64,000 nucleotides of DNA from Gemmatimonadales bacterium (GCA_041613315.1 JBFJHJ010000003.1:1-64000); one strand, 5' to 3'; shown: positions 17,826 to 30,107, counted from the stretch's first letter. A program made the numbers and translations. Notes: a model not told the origin generated them from the sequence alone.

Positions 17826-18718
17826 GGCAGAACGGCGACGTCGAGTCCGATCCGATACGTCGCGCCCACGTCGTTCACGCCGCTGCTTCGGGCGACGCCC
17901 ACGGTGTAGCGTCCCAGCTCGAGGGCGACGCCCAGGGCCGGCCGCACCGCCCGGCTCCCATAGGCGGCCTCGGAAATGAGCACGGCGTCGACGCGGAGCC
18001 GCTCGCCGACAACGGCGCCGGCGCCGATCGCGTGGTCCAGATCGCGCGTCGGCCGATAGGTCACGCCGTAGCGGGCCAGCACCCGGAGCCGGGCGCCGGC
18101 CAACGATCCGGCCGTCACCAGTGCGTATTCGGCGCCCGCGTAGTAGTCGGTGGTCGGGTCCGTGGACAGGTCGATCGGCACGAAATGGGTCGCCGCGGCC
18201 ACGCGGAGGCGCTCGGTCGGCGCGATCCGTACACCGATATCGACGGTCACCCCCGACTCAGTGAGCGCGTCGAAGCGGGCATCATGCACCCGGACGAGCG
18301 CCGCGACGCGCACCCGGTGCGACCCGACCCCCACGCCGAGGCCCGCGAGTTGTTCGTACACGGGGATCGTGCCGAACTCGCTATTGGGCGAGGTGGTCGT
18401 TCGCACGAGATCCCGGACGTCCATCCGTGCGAGCACAATCCCGGTCTGCAGCCAGGGCCGCGGCGCATACCGCGCCCCCACGAGGAACCCCGACAAGCCG
18501 AGGACGTCGCTCGTGTGCACGACTTCCGCCCCCACGACGAGACCCGCCAGCCCCGGCTCAGCCGCCGGGTTCCAAAACACGGCGCGCGGTCCGCGCTCCA
18601 GCGCCGGCGGACCGGCGAGGGACGTCGCCGCAACGCGCCAGAGGTCGGCCGCCGCCGGCGCCTGGGCGTGGGCGGTGGCGGGCCACGAGAGCAGGACGAG
18701 GGCAATAATACGGCGCAC
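17822..18718 (-). CDS. Secreted/outer-membrane hypothetical protein (beta-barrel-like)
   Basis: Signal peptide (MRRIIALVLLSWPATAHA), then a WNPAA motif and alternating amphipathic beta-strand-like segments. Confidence 0.6.
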   Translation of the reverse strand: MRRIIALVLLSWPATAHAQAPAAADLWRVAATSLAGPPALERGPRAVFWNPAAEPGLAGLVVGAEVVHTSDVLGLSGFLVGARYAPRPWLQTGIVLARMDVRDLVRTTTSPNSEFGTIPVYEQLAGLGVGVGSHRVRVAALVRVHDARFDALTESGVTVDIGVRIAPTERLRVAAATHFVPIDLSTDPTTDYYAGAEYALVTAGSLAGARLRVLARYGVTYRPTRDLDHAIGAGAVVGERLRVDAVLISEAAYGSRAVRPALGVALELGRYTVGVARSSGVNDVGATYRIGLDVAVLP

Positions 18719-18724
18719 CCCCGA

Positions 18725-18754
18725 AGGTTGAGCGAACCCCGGCAAGTGTGTCAA
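18725..18754 (-). promoter_or_regulatory. Sigma70-type promoter (leaderless) for the 18718 gene
   Basis: Minus strand TTGACA-N18-CAACCT, 6 nt before GTG 18718. Confidence 0.5.
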
Positions 18755-18782
18755 GCCGTCGCCGCACCCCACGAGGCGGTGC

Positions 18783-18811
18783 TTGCTGGCCCCCAAGGGG
18801 GCCATTATGTT
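18783..18811 (+). promoter_or_regulatory. Sigma70-type promoter for the ptsN-aspS-phoH operon
   Basis: TTGCTG-N17-TATGTT. Confidence 0.55.
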
Positions 18812-18844
18812 CAATTACGACGTGGACTTGGGTGATTCCTGGCC

Positions 18845-19300
18845 TTGCTGGTTTCCGACCTGCTGTCGACGACCCGGATCAAGCTTCCCATCGAAGCACG
18901 CGACAAACCGACAGTTCTGAGAGAGCTTGCGGCACTACTCGCCGAACCGAACGGGAGTGAACTGGACACCATCGTGCAGGCCGTCGAGGAGCGCGAAGCG
19001 GTGCTCTCGACCGGCATTGGCCACGGCGTTGCCATCCCCCATGGCAAGCCGGCCACGCTGCGGGAGCTCCGGCTCGCGGCCGGGGCCAGCCCGGAGCCCA
19101 TCCCGTTCGACGCCGTCGACGGCCAACCCGTGCGGCTGTTCTTTCTGCTGGTCGGCCCGGAGAGCGCCGCGGCCGACCAGGTCAAAGCGCTGAGCCGCAT
19201 CTCCCGCCTCACGCGACACGCCCCGTTCCGCGACCGGCTGCTGGCGGCACGGACGCCGGAGGAGTTCTACCGGCTCCTGTGCGACGCCGAGGGCAAGTAA
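18845..19300 (+). CDS. PTS EIIA (PtsN/Fru-type) domain protein
   Basis: EREAVLSTGIGHGVAIPHGK, FDAVDGQPVRLFFLL, LSRISRL. Confidence 0.92.
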   Translation: MLVSDLLSTTRIKLPIEARDKPTVLRELAALLAEPNGSELDTIVQAVEEREAVLSTGIGHGVAIPHGKPATLRELRLAAGASPEPIPFDAVDGQPVRLFFLLVGPESAAADQVKALSRISRLTRHAPFRDRLLAARTPEEFYRLLCDAEGK

Positions 19301-19328
19301 GCTGACCGGAGCCGGTGGTGCCACAACG

Positions 19329-21085
19329 CTGCGCACGCACCGCTGCGGCGCGCTGCGTGCGTCCGACGTCGGGACCCGAGTGCGGGTGGGTGGGTGGATC
19401 CACCGCCGCCGCGATCTGGGCGGGCTGATCTTTGTGGATCTGCGCGACCGCGAGGGGCTCGTGCAGGTGGCGTTCGGCCCGGACTGGACCCCGCCGGCGG
19501 TGCTCGCGCGGGCCGGGGACCTGACGGCCGAGGCCGTGCTCCTGGTCGAGGGAATCGTGACGGCGCGGCCGGAGGAGGCGCGGAACCCGGATATGGGCAC
19601 CGGTGACCTCGAGGTGCGGGCGGACGCGCTGGAGGTGGTGGGGCCCGTGGCGGACCCGCAGCTCCCCATCCCCGTGTGGCGCACGAAGGGCGAAGAGCTG
19701 CCTGCGGAAGAGCGCCGCCTGCTCCACCGGCATCTCGACCTCCGCCGCCCCGAGCTGCAGCGCAACTTCGTGTTGCGCCACGCGCTGCTCCAACGGGCGC
19801 GCGCCGAGTTATCGGCGCTCGGGTTCTACGAGCTCGAGACCCCGATGCTCACGAAGCCCACCCCGGAGGGGGCCCGCGACTTCTTGGTGCCGTCTCGCCT
19901 TCACCGGGGACAGTTCTACGCGTTGCCGCAGTCGCCCCAGATCTACAAGCAGATCTTCATGGTCGCGGGATTCGACCGGTACTTCCAGGTGGCGCGGTGC
20001 TTTCGGGACGAGGACCTCCGGGCGGACCGCCAGCCGGAGTTTACGCAAATCGATCTCGAGGCGTCGTTCGTCACCGCCCCGGACGTGTACGGCGTGCTGG
20101 AGCGGCTGTTCAGCGGGCTGTGGGAGGAGGCCGGTCACCGGCTCGCGACACCGTTCCGGCGGCTTCGCTATCACGAGGCCATGGAGCGGTATGGGACCGA
20201 CAAGCCGGATCTGCGCTACGGCTTCCCACTGCAGGACCTTGGTGATCGGCTGGCGGGGCGAGGATTTCGTGCCTTCGATGACGCGGTGGGCGATGGGGGC
20301 CGCGTTCGGGGCATCCAGGTGCCGGGCGGGGCGGCGCTCACGCGAAAGGACGTCGACGCACTGGCGGCGCTGGCGAAGCAGGGGGGAGCCGGCGGCCTGG
20401 CGACCCTGAAGCGTCAGGGAGCGGCCCTCAGCGGACCGCTGGCGAGGCTCGAGGGCATGACGCCCCAGCTCGCGGGGCTCGCCGACGGCGACCTATTGGT
20501 CGCGACCGCCGGATCGGAGGCCGTGACCTCCGCCGCCTTGGACCGGGTCCGGCGCGGCGTGATCGAGCGCCTCCGTCCCGAGCCGACCGAGGCGCATGCC
20601 TTCGTGTGGGTGGAGGACTTCCCGCTGTTCGAGCGCGACCCGGACAGCGGCGCCTGGGTCTTCGCCCACCACCCGTTCACGGCGCCCCATCCGGACGACG
20701 CGGATCGCCTCCGGGCCGGGGCGTACGAGGGCGTTCGCGCGCTGCACTATGACCTCGTCTATAACGGGCACGAATTGGGGAGTGGCTCCATCCGTATCAC
20801 CGATCCGGAGCTTCAGCGGCGCGTCCTGGAACTGCTGGGAATCTCCCGCGCCGAGGCGGAGCGGCGCTTCGGATTCCTGCTCCGGGCGCTGGGAGCCGGG
20901 GCGCCCCCCCACGGCGGTTTCGCGGTCGGCTTCGACCGCGTCGTGATGCTGCTCGCCGGCGCCACCAGCTTGCGGGACGTGATTGCGTTTCCCAAGACGA
21001 CCGCGGCGCGCGCGTTGTTCGAGGAGGCGCCGACACCGCTGGAGGAGCGGGAGCTTCGCGAGCTTTCGCTCAAGGTGAGCGACAC

Positions 21086-21089
<4 letters not shown>
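19329..21089 (+). CDS. aspS: Aspartate--tRNA ligase (start codon probably non-canonical CTG)
   Basis: RTHRCG...GWIHRRRDLGGLIFVDLRD, PEGARDF, LPQSPQ, FRDEDLRADRQPEFTQ, GAPPHGG. The conserved N-terminus lies upstream of the first GTG (19380). Confidence 0.95.
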
Positions 21090-22035
<946 letters not shown>

Positions 22036-22039
<4 letters not shown>

Positions 22040-24243
22040 ACCGCCGTTCCTATCCCAACCTCTCGCTCGAGCTGGCGCCCAGCGCCTGGGCCGAGCGGGC
22101 GCGGGTGCACGCGGTCCGGTGGGGCCTCCTCGTGGCCCTGGCCGCGGGGGCGTACGCGTTGTTCCCGGTGGCGGGGAGCTTCGACGCACCGGTGCTCGAA
22201 GTGGGTCAGGTGTCCTCGCAGGAGATCCTCGCGCCGTTCGAATTCGTCGTGCGGAAGTCCTCGGCCGAGCTGGAGCGGGAGTCGCAGGCGCTCGCGGCCA
22301 CCGTCCTGCCGGTCTATGAGTATCGGCCGACCATGCTGGATTCGGTGATCGCCCAAACGGACGCGCTGTTTGCCGCGCTGGCGGCCGCGACGGGACCGGA
22401 CGGACGCCTGGCGGCGGCACAACGATTCGGGATCCGCCTTACTCCAGAAGAAGCCGTGTACCTCGGCGGCGCGCGACGCCTCGAGGGGTTCCGAACATCG
22501 GCCCGGGTGCTGTTTCGCCGCCAGCTGCCTCGGGGGGTGCCGGCGGCGAACACCGTGGACGCGGAGCAAACGCGTGACATCTTGGTGCGGCGGCCTGCCG
22601 GCGAGCGGGTGGCGCGGCGCGACACGGTGTTCACGTTTTCGCGGTTCCTCGAGAGCCGGCTCACGGCCCACCCCGATCCCAACTCGTCGGTGGGCGACCA
22701 GGCATATCTCAAGATCCTCTCCGGGCTGTTTCGGCCCTCGCTCGTCCCGAACCGGACGGAGACCGAGCAGGCCCGCGCCGAGTTGCGGGCCAGCGTGGAC
22801 TCGGTCAAGGACCGGGTTCGGGCGCAAGAGCGCATCATCGACGCCAACGAAGTCGTCACGCCCGACGTGCGCGACCGGCTGCTCGGACTCAAGGAAGAAT
22901 TGGTGCGGCGGGGCGGGAGCCGCCACGGCAGTCTGGCCGGGCTCGTCGGACAGATTCTGACCAACGCGCTGGTGCTGTCCGTGTTCTGGATCTTGCTGAT
23001 GCTCTATCGGCGGCAGACCTACGACGACCTCCGGCACATGGCGCTCCTGTCGCTGCTGTTCGGGCTCGTGATCGTCGGTGCTCGCATCAACTGGCAGTTC
23101 ATCGCCGGCGGGCCGGAGCTGATCCCGATTCCGTTTGCCGCGATGCTCATCACGGTGCTGTTCAGCGGACGCGTGGCGATGGTCGCGGCCATCGTTCTCG
23201 CGCTCCTGATTGGCTCGCAGGCCGCCTTCGGCGGCGTCGACGCCATGTTTGTCGCCATGGTGGGCGGTGTCTCGGCCGCCGTGAGCGTGCGGGAGATCCG
23301 CCGGCGCAACCAGTTCCTGGCGTCGTTCCTGCTCGTGACGCTTGGCTTTCTCATCGCGGCGGTGACGCTCGGACTCCGGCTCGACTCGTCACTTCCCGAC
23401 ATCGGCCGATCGGTGCTCCTCGGTGGCACCAACGCGTTCATCTCCGCGGCGGCGGCGCTCACGATGCTGCCGCTGCTCGAAGCGTTCGGCGGCATCACGA
23501 CCGACCTGACGCTGCTGGAGTTGTCCGATCCCAATCGGCCGCTGCTGCGGCGGCTTGCGACTGAGGCGCCCGGCACCTATGCACACAGTATCGCGATGGC
23601 GAACCTGTGCGAATCGGCGTGCAACGCCGTGGGCGTCAATGGCCTGCTGGCTCGGGTGGGGTGCTACTATCACGACGTCGGCAAGCTCAAGAAGCCGCAG
23701 TTCTTCGTCGAAAACCAGCTGCCCGGCGCGAATCCGCACGACAAGCTGAAGCCGGACGTCTCGGCCAGCATCATCCGCAATCATGTGCGTGAGGGCATCG
23801 CGCTCGCGGAGGAGCACAAGCTGCCGGAGGCGGTGACCGCGTTCATTCCCGAGCATCACGGCACCATGGAGATCACGTATTTTCTCGAGCGGGCGCGCTC
23901 GCGCGACGGTGAGGGCGAGGTGGACCCCGAACTGTTCCGATACCCGGGGCCGCGGCCACGATCGGTCGAGACGGCGGTGGCCATGCTAGCGGACGGCGTG
24001 GAAGCGGCGCTTCGCGTCCTGGTGGAACCGACGCCCCAGAAACTGAGCGACGCGATTGATCACATCGTGCGGCAGCGTATCGAGGCGGGGCAACTCGACC
24101 AGACGCCGCTGACCTTCGCACAGCTCTCGCGCATCAGGGACGAGTTCATGCGCGTGCTCGCCAGCGCCCATCACAATCGGATCGACTACCCGGCTTCCAG
24201 TGGCGGCATCGGCGCGGAGTGGGAAGCGACGTCCCGCACGTGA
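22036..24243 (+). CDS. 7TM-HD (HDIG) phosphohydrolase, PgpH-like
   Basis: Large extracytoplasmic domain, 7 TM helices, then APGTYAHS, YHDVGK, FFVENQ, EHHGT, FRYPGPRP, MLADGVEAA. Confidence 0.92.
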
Positions 24244-24667
24244 CGTCGCCGTCACGATCCCGGCGGAAGTCGGGGCCGTACCGGCGGCCGTGGTGCGGCG
24301 CGCCGTGCGCACGGTGTTGGACGGCGAGGGCGCAGGCGCCGCGACGGTGAGCGTGACCTTTCTGTCCCCGGCACGGATGCGTGCACTCAACCGCCGCGCC
24401 CTCGGGCGGGACCGGGCGACCGACGTGATCGCTTTCGGCCTCCCGCACCCCGGGCGGCTCGTGGGGGACGTGTACGTGTGTCCCCAGGTCGCACGGCGCG
24501 CAGCCCGAGCGGCGGACGTGCCCGTGCGCGAAGAGCTGGTGCGGCTCGTCGTGCATGGCACGCTGCACGTCATGGGGCACGACCATCCCACCGGGTCGGG
24601 CCGCACGCGCTCGGCGATGTGGCGCCGGCAGGAAACCTACGTGCGGGCCGCCTTGAGCCGTCCGTGA
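24200..24667 (+). CDS. ybeY: rRNA maturation endoribonuclease YbeY
   Basis: LNRRALGRDRATDVIAF, GDVYVC, HGTLHVMGHDH metal-binding motif. Start uncertain. Confidence 0.9.
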   Translation: MAASARSGKRRPARDVAVTIPAEVGAVPAAVVRRAVRTVLDGEGAGAATVSVTFLSPARMRALNRRALGRDRATDVIAFGLPHPGRLVGDVYVCPQVARRAARAADVPVREELVRLVVHGTLHVMGHDHPTGSGRTRSAMWRRQETYVRAALSRP

Positions 24668-25866
24668 TCGGCCCGCTGGGCGTGACGGTCGTGGCAGCGG
24701 CTCTCGCCTCCGGGGCCGCTCTGTGGGCGGGCCTCTTGGTCCTCGTGGACGAGGCCCCAAGCACCGGGCGCGACTCGGCGCCGGGCGGCGGGGCGCACGT
24801 CCCCGTGCATCATGCGGTGCAGGGCGGTCGGCTCGCGCTCCTTCTGCTCGGCGGGATCGCGGCCTCCGTGGCCACCGGGTGGTGGGCTCGCCCGGCGCTC
24901 CAAGCCGCCGCGAGCGGCGTCGTGGCACTCGCCTTCCTGTACCTGATCGCGGAGGGGCTGCCGCGGGCGGTGGGGATGCTGGCGCCAGGGTTGGCCGACG
25001 CCGTAGCGCCGGCCGGGCGCCGTACCCTCGCCGCCTTCGTGCCCCTGCTGGTGCTGCTGCGGCCGGTGGAGCACGGGCTCGCGCTGCTGCTCCCGCCGGC
25101 GCCGCCCGTTGCCCGGTCGCGGCGCCGCGGCGAGCGCGACCTCTTGGTGGGGGTCATTTCCCTCCGGGATGCCACGATCGCCGAGGTCATGACGCCGCGT
25201 CTGGACGTCGAAGCGATCGAAGCCGGCGCGAGCTGGCCGGAGGTCGTGGACCAGGTCGGACGGAGCGAGCACGCCCGCCTGCCGGTGTACAACGAGGACC
25301 TCGATGACCTCGTGGGCATCCTGTATGCGAAGGATGTGACGCCGGCCGTCGCGGGCGTGGCCGAGCCGCCCGAACAGTGGCAGCAACTCGTCCGGCCGGC
25401 GCAGTTCGTGCCCGAGTCAAAGACGCTCGCGGCGCAATTGCACGACTTCCAGCGGGGGCCGGCCCATCTGGCGATCGTCGTGGACGAGTTCGGCGGCACG
25501 TCGGGGGTGGTGACGCTCGAGGATATTCTGGAGGAGGTCGTGGGAGAGATCCACGGCGAGTACGACGCCGACGAGGCACCGCCGATCGAGCGCGAGGGCC
25601 CTGACCGGTTCTGGGTCGACGGGGCCGTGAGCGTCGACACGCTCGCCGACCTGCTGGAGACGCCCATTCGCGAGGAGGATGTGAGCACGGTGGGCGGCCT
25701 CGTCTACTCCGAGTTGGGGCGTGTCCCACGGCCGGGCGAGGAGCTGCGGATCGGCGACTTCCGGGTCGTGGTCGAGCAGGTGGTCCGCCGACGGGTGCGG
25801 CGCGTGTACTTCGAGCGCCTCGACGACGCCTCCACTGTCCCGGCCGCAACGGAGCCGCAGGAATGA
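24664..25866 (+). CDS. HlyC/CorC (CNNM-CBS-CorC) family protein
   Basis: TM region; EVMTPR, HARLPVY, VDEFGGTSGVVTLEDILEEVVGEI; CorC domain. Confidence 0.9.
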   Translation: MIGPLGVTVVAAALASGAALWAGLLVLVDEAPSTGRDSAPGGGAHVPVHHAVQGGRLALLLLGGIAASVATGWWARPALQAAASGVVALAFLYLIAEGLPRAVGMLAPGLADAVAPAGRRTLAAFVPLLVLLRPVEHGLALLLPPAPPVARSRRRGERDLLVGVISLRDATIAEVMTPRLDVEAIEAGASWPEVVDQVGRSEHARLPVYNEDLDDLVGILYAKDVTPAVAGVAEPPEQWQQLVRPAQFVPESKTLAAQLHDFQRGPAHLAIVVDEFGGTSGVVTLEDILEEVVGEIHGEYDADEAPPIEREGPDRFWVDGAVSVDTLADLLETPIREEDVSTVGGLVYSELGRVPRPGEELRIGDFRVVVEQVVRRRVRRVYFERLDDASTVPAATEPQE

Positions 25867-27056
25867 GCGCGTGGGTGGTGCTGGGCCTCGGGCTCGGGCT
25901 GGTGACCACAGGGATGACGGCGGCCGTGGCGGCCGCTGCGGTGCGCCGGATCGACCTCTATCGATGGGTGGTGCACGCGCGTCCCGGCGCCGCGGCGGCG
26001 AGCGCACTGCTGGGAGCGCCGGGACGGCTGCCGCGAGCCGCGAGCGGACTCGTGGCCGCCGGGGCGCTCGCGGTGGGACTTGGACTGGCACCGGCCCTCG
26101 CGCGACTTCCGCTGGGGTTCTCGGCGGGACTGACGTTTCTCCTCGCCGTCCCGCTCATCGTGATCCTCGGGTACGCCGTACCGTTTGCCGTGGGGCGCCG
26201 CTGGCCCGAGCCGATCGTCCGGCGCACCGCGCGCTGGCTCGACCGGGCCGCGTGGCTGCTGGCGCCGCTGGCGCCCGGGCGGACGGACACGCGCACGCGG
26301 GCGCCGCTCGCCACCCTCGTCCAGGGCCCCGACGCCGAAGCCTACCTCGATACCGACGAGCTCACGGTGCTGGCCGGCGTGCAGGCGTTCACGGAGCGGC
26401 CCGTGCGCGAAGTGATGACACCCCGCACCGAGATCATCGCGGTGCGGGAGGGAGCGCCACTGGAGGAAGTGGCACGGACGGTCTCCGAATCGGGCTACTC
26501 CCGCCTGCCGGTCTATCGAGACTCGCTCGACAACATCATCGGGATGCTCTATGCGTTCGATCTCCTCAAGATCGCGCCCGGCGCGGAGTTGCCGCTGCGC
26601 CCCGTGGTGATGACGCCGACCTCCAAGACCTGCGCCGACCTCCTGTTCGAGCTGCAACGGGAGCGGCGCCAGCTCGCCGTGGTGCTCGATGAGTACGGCG
26701 GCACGGCCGGAATCGCGACATTTGAAGATCTCCTCGAGGAGCTGGTCGGCGAGATCTTCGACGAATACGATGCGCCGCTCACGGGCGAGGGAGGGGCGGA
26801 GGATCTGGCCGAGGTATCGGGCGCCACGCCGGCGGCCGACATCGCCGCCCGGTTCGACATCACGCTCCCCGGGCAGGCAGAGACGGTGGGCGGTTTGCTG
26901 GCCCGAGCGGCGGGTCGAATTCCGCGGGCCGGCGACCGCTACCGCCTGGCGGGGCTCGAGTTCGACGTCCTCGCGGCAAGCCCCACGCGCGTCCAGCGCG
27001 TGTTGATCCGGCGCGGGCCCGTGCCCGTGGTCCACCTCCAGGAACGCGCGCCGTGA
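25863..27056 (+). CDS. HlyC/CorC (CNNM-CBS-CorC) family protein, second paralog
   Basis: EVMTPRTE, GYSRLPVY, LDEYGGTAGIATFEDLLEELVGEIFDEYD. Confidence 0.9.
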   Translation: MSAWVVLGLGLGLVTTGMTAAVAAAAVRRIDLYRWVVHARPGAAAASALLGAPGRLPRAASGLVAAGALAVGLGLAPALARLPLGFSAGLTFLLAVPLIVILGYAVPFAVGRRWPEPIVRRTARWLDRAAWLLAPLAPGRTDTRTRAPLATLVQGPDAEAYLDTDELTVLAGVQAFTERPVREVMTPRTEIIAVREGAPLEEVARTVSESGYSRLPVYRDSLDNIIGMLYAFDLLKIAPGAELPLRPVVMTPTSKTCADLLFELQRERRQLAVVLDEYGGTAGIATFEDLLEELVGEIFDEYDAPLTGEGGAEDLAEVSGATPAADIAARFDITLPGQAETVGGLLARAAGRIPRAGDRYRLAGLEFDVLAASPTRVQRVLIRRGPVPVVHLQERAP

Positions 27057-27709
27057 GGCTCTTCGCTCGGCGGCTGCGGCGCTACTTCCTCGTCGGGCTG
27101 ATCGTGATCGCCCCGGTCGGGCTCACGGTCTTCGTGCTCCGCTGGCTGTTCTTCACGATCGACGCGATCCTGGGTGAGCCGCTGGCCGCCCTCGGTGTCC
27201 GAATCCCCGGCGTCGGATTCGTCCTGCTGGTGCTGCTCGTTCTCCTCGTGGGATGGGTGGTGCACCGGGCGGCGGGCCGGCAGCTCCTCCACTGGTGGAA
27301 TCAGGCGCTGGCGCGGTTCCCGCTCACGGGTCGTATCTACAGTGCGGTCAGCCAGATCGTGCAGTCCGTCGTCGGCGAGCAGCGGCGGCTGTTCCGCCGC
27401 ACGGTGCTGATTCCGTATCCGACCGAGGGCATCTGGGCCCTGGCGTTCGTGACAAACGAGGAGTCGCCCGTCATGTCCCGCATCGTCGGCGAGCCCTGCG
27501 TCAACGTCTTCGTGCCCACGACGCCGAACCCGACGTCCGGCTTCATGCTCGTCGTGCCGCGTCGCAAGACGCTGGTCGTGGATGTCAGCGTCGAGGAGGC
27601 GATGAAGCTCATCATCTCCGCCGGCGCGGTGAGCCCCACGGGCGACACGCCGACCGTGCGGCGTCGCGGCCTGGATCTCGATTCGCTGCTGCGGGACACG
27701 CAAGGGTGA
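27053..27709 (+). CDS. DUF502 membrane protein
   Basis: RRYFLVGL..P, IYSAVSQI, VFVPTTPNPTSGF, EAMKLIISAG. Confidence 0.9.
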   Translation: MRLFARRLRRYFLVGLIVIAPVGLTVFVLRWLFFTIDAILGEPLAALGVRIPGVGFVLLVLLVLLVGWVVHRAAGRQLLHWWNQALARFPLTGRIYSAVSQIVQSVVGEQRRLFRRTVLIPYPTEGIWALAFVTNEESPVMSRIVGEPCVNVFVPTTPNPTSGFMLVVPRRKTLVVDVSVEEAMKLIISAGAVSPTGDTPTVRRRGLDLDSLLRDTQG

Positions 27710-29052
27710 GCGACGTCGAACCCACGCTGCACCGCCTGCGCGAGCTCGCCGAGCGCGGCGACGTGACGCAGTTCCTGGCCGTGGCGCGCCACGTCCATCC
27801 GTCCGACCTCTCCGACGTTCTGGCGGAGCTCGAGGAGCCCGTCCGGCTGCGGCTCGTGCAGAGCCTGCCCGCCGCGGTCGTCTCCGAGGCCCTGGCGGAG
27901 ATGGAAGAGGAGGAACATCCCGCGGAGCTCCTCGCCGCCCTGCAGCCTCAGCAGGCAGCCGACATCGTCGATGAGCTGGTCGACGACGACGCCGTCGATC
28001 TGATCGCCGACCTCTCGCCCGAGTCGGCGGCGGAAATCCTCGCCACGGTCTCGGACCGCGCCGACCTCGAGCGGCTACTGGGGTACGACGAGGAAACGGC
28101 TGGCGGCCGCATGACGAGCGGCGTCGTGGCGGTATCGCAGCACGCCACGGCGAACGAGGCGATCGAGGAGATCCGTCGGCAGGGGGAGGAGATCGAGAAC
28201 TTCTACCAGATCTACTGCGTGGACGACCGCCGGCACCTGCACGGCATCCTCCCGCTGCAGCGGCTCGTGGTGGCGAAGCCGCACACCACGGTGCGGGAGA
28301 TCATGGAGCCGCCTCCCGTGACGGTGCCGCCGGAGATGGACCAGGAGGAGGTCGCGCGCCTCATGGCCCGCTACAACGTCCCGGCGGTGCCCGTGGTGGA
28401 CGCAGCGGGGAAACTGCTCGGGCGCGTGACGTTCGACGACATCATTGACGTTGTCGAGGCGGAGCGCACCGAGGACCTGCTCAAGTTCGGCGGTGTGCCC
28501 GGCGGCGAGTCGCTGGCGGGCGAGTGGCATCAAGCCGTGCGGAGCCGGCTCCCATGGCTCTACGTCAACCTGTTCACCGCCTTCCTCGCCGGCGCCGTCG
28601 TGTACCTGTTCCAGGACACGATCAGCCGCGTCGTGATTCTCGCGGTGTGGATGCCGATCATCGCGGGGATGGGCGGGAATGCCGGGACGCAGGCGCTGGC
28701 GGTGACGGTCAGGCGGATCGCGCTCGAGCCGGTGCCGACGGGCGGGAGCGTCCGGCTGGTGGCCAAGGAGATCGTCGTCGGCCTGATCAACGGGCTGGCC
28801 TGTGGGGTGGCCGTCGCGCTGGTGTCCGCCCTGCTGGGACAGGGGATCGTCTTGGGTGCCGTAGTGCTCCTCGCGATGTGGGGCAACCTGGTAGTGGCCG
28901 CCAGCGCGGGGGCGGCCATCCCGCTGGTGCTTCAGCGGGTGGGCGTCGATCCGGCGGTGGCGAGCTCGATCTTCGTGACCACCTTTACCGACGTCTGCGG
29001 ATTTCTCTTGCTGTTGGGACTGGGCGCCGCGCTGCTGCTGCCCGGCGGGTGA
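27706..29052 (+). CDS. mgtE: Magnesium transporter MgtE
   Basis: Acidic N-domain, ETAGGRMT, CBS pair, RLPWL, GMGGNAGTQ, DPAVASSIFVTTFTDV. Confidence 0.95.
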   Translation: MSDVEPTLHRLRELAERGDVTQFLAVARHVHPSDLSDVLAELEEPVRLRLVQSLPAAVVSEALAEMEEEEHPAELLAALQPQQAADIVDELVDDDAVDLIADLSPESAAEILATVSDRADLERLLGYDEETAGGRMTSGVVAVSQHATANEAIEEIRRQGEEIENFYQIYCVDDRRHLHGILPLQRLVVAKPHTTVREIMEPPPVTVPPEMDQEEVARLMARYNVPAVPVVDAAGKLLGRVTFDDIIDVVEAERTEDLLKFGGVPGGESLAGEWHQAVRSRLPWLYVNLFTAFLAGAVVYLFQDTISRVVILAVWMPIIAGMGGNAGTQALAVTVRRIALEPVPTGGSVRLVAKEIVVGLINGLACGVAVALVSALLGQGIVLGAVVLLAMWGNLVVAASAGAAIPLVLQRVGVDPAVASSIFVTTFTDVCGFLLLLGLGAALLLPGG

Positions 29053-29095
29053 GCCCGGGTTGCGGCGTCCCCCGAGCCCCGGCGAAGTTACGACC

Positions 29096-30107
29096 ATGAG
29101 CGGTCGCGGCCTGGTCGACGGTCTCAAGGCCCGCAGCATCCCCGCGCTGGCGCGCGCGATCTCGCTCGTTGAGAACGGCCGCGACGGCTACGAGACGCTC
29201 CTTTCCGAGATCCATCCGCTCGTTGGACGCGCGCACCGCATCGGGGTCACGGGCCCCCCGGGGGCCGGAAAATCGACACTGATCGAACGCATGGTGCGCA
29301 CCTACCGGGGGCGAGGGGTCACGGTCGCCGTGGTGGCGGTCGATCCCACGAGCCCGTTCACCGGCGGCGCCCTGCTCGGCGACCGGGTCCGGATGGAATC
29401 CCACACGCTCGACCCGGGCGTGTTCATCCGGTCGATGGCGTCGCGAGGTGCGCCGGGCGGCCTGGCGACGACCACCCGTGAGGTGTGTGACGTCCTCGAC
29501 GCCTTCGGGTTCGAGCGCGTCATCGTGGAGACCGTGGGCGTCGGGCAGTCGGAGCTCGCCATCGCGGGTAGCGCCGATACGACGGTCCTGGTTCTCGTGC
29601 CGGAATCGGGCGACGGGATCCAAATGTTGAAGGCGGGGGTCATGGAGATTGCGGACATCTACGTGGTCAACAAAGCCGACCGGCCGGGTGCGGATCGGTT
29701 GGCGCAGGAGATCGAGGTGATGTTGGGCCTCCGTCGGGGACAGGCGTATCGGCACGCGGCGCCGCACCGCGCGCTCGAGGGTACGGTGGAGTCCGGCGAT
29801 GGCGGCTGGACGCCGCCGGTGCTCACCACGGTGGCGGTTCAGGACGTGGGTGTCGACACGCTGCTGGAGGGCATCGCGCAGCACTATGCGCACCTCGAGA
29901 CGAGCGGACGGCTGACCGCGCTTCGGCGCGAGCGGTTGGCGCGCCATACGCGAGACGTGGTGCACCGCGCGCTGAGCGCGATCGTGTGGCAGGATAGTGA
30001 CGGCGAGGCGATGCTTGTCGCCGGCCTCGACGACGTGGTCCGTGGGCGCCTGAGCCCGTACCGGCTCGCGCGAGACATCGTTGCAGGACTTCGACCGAGG
30101 GCTTCCG

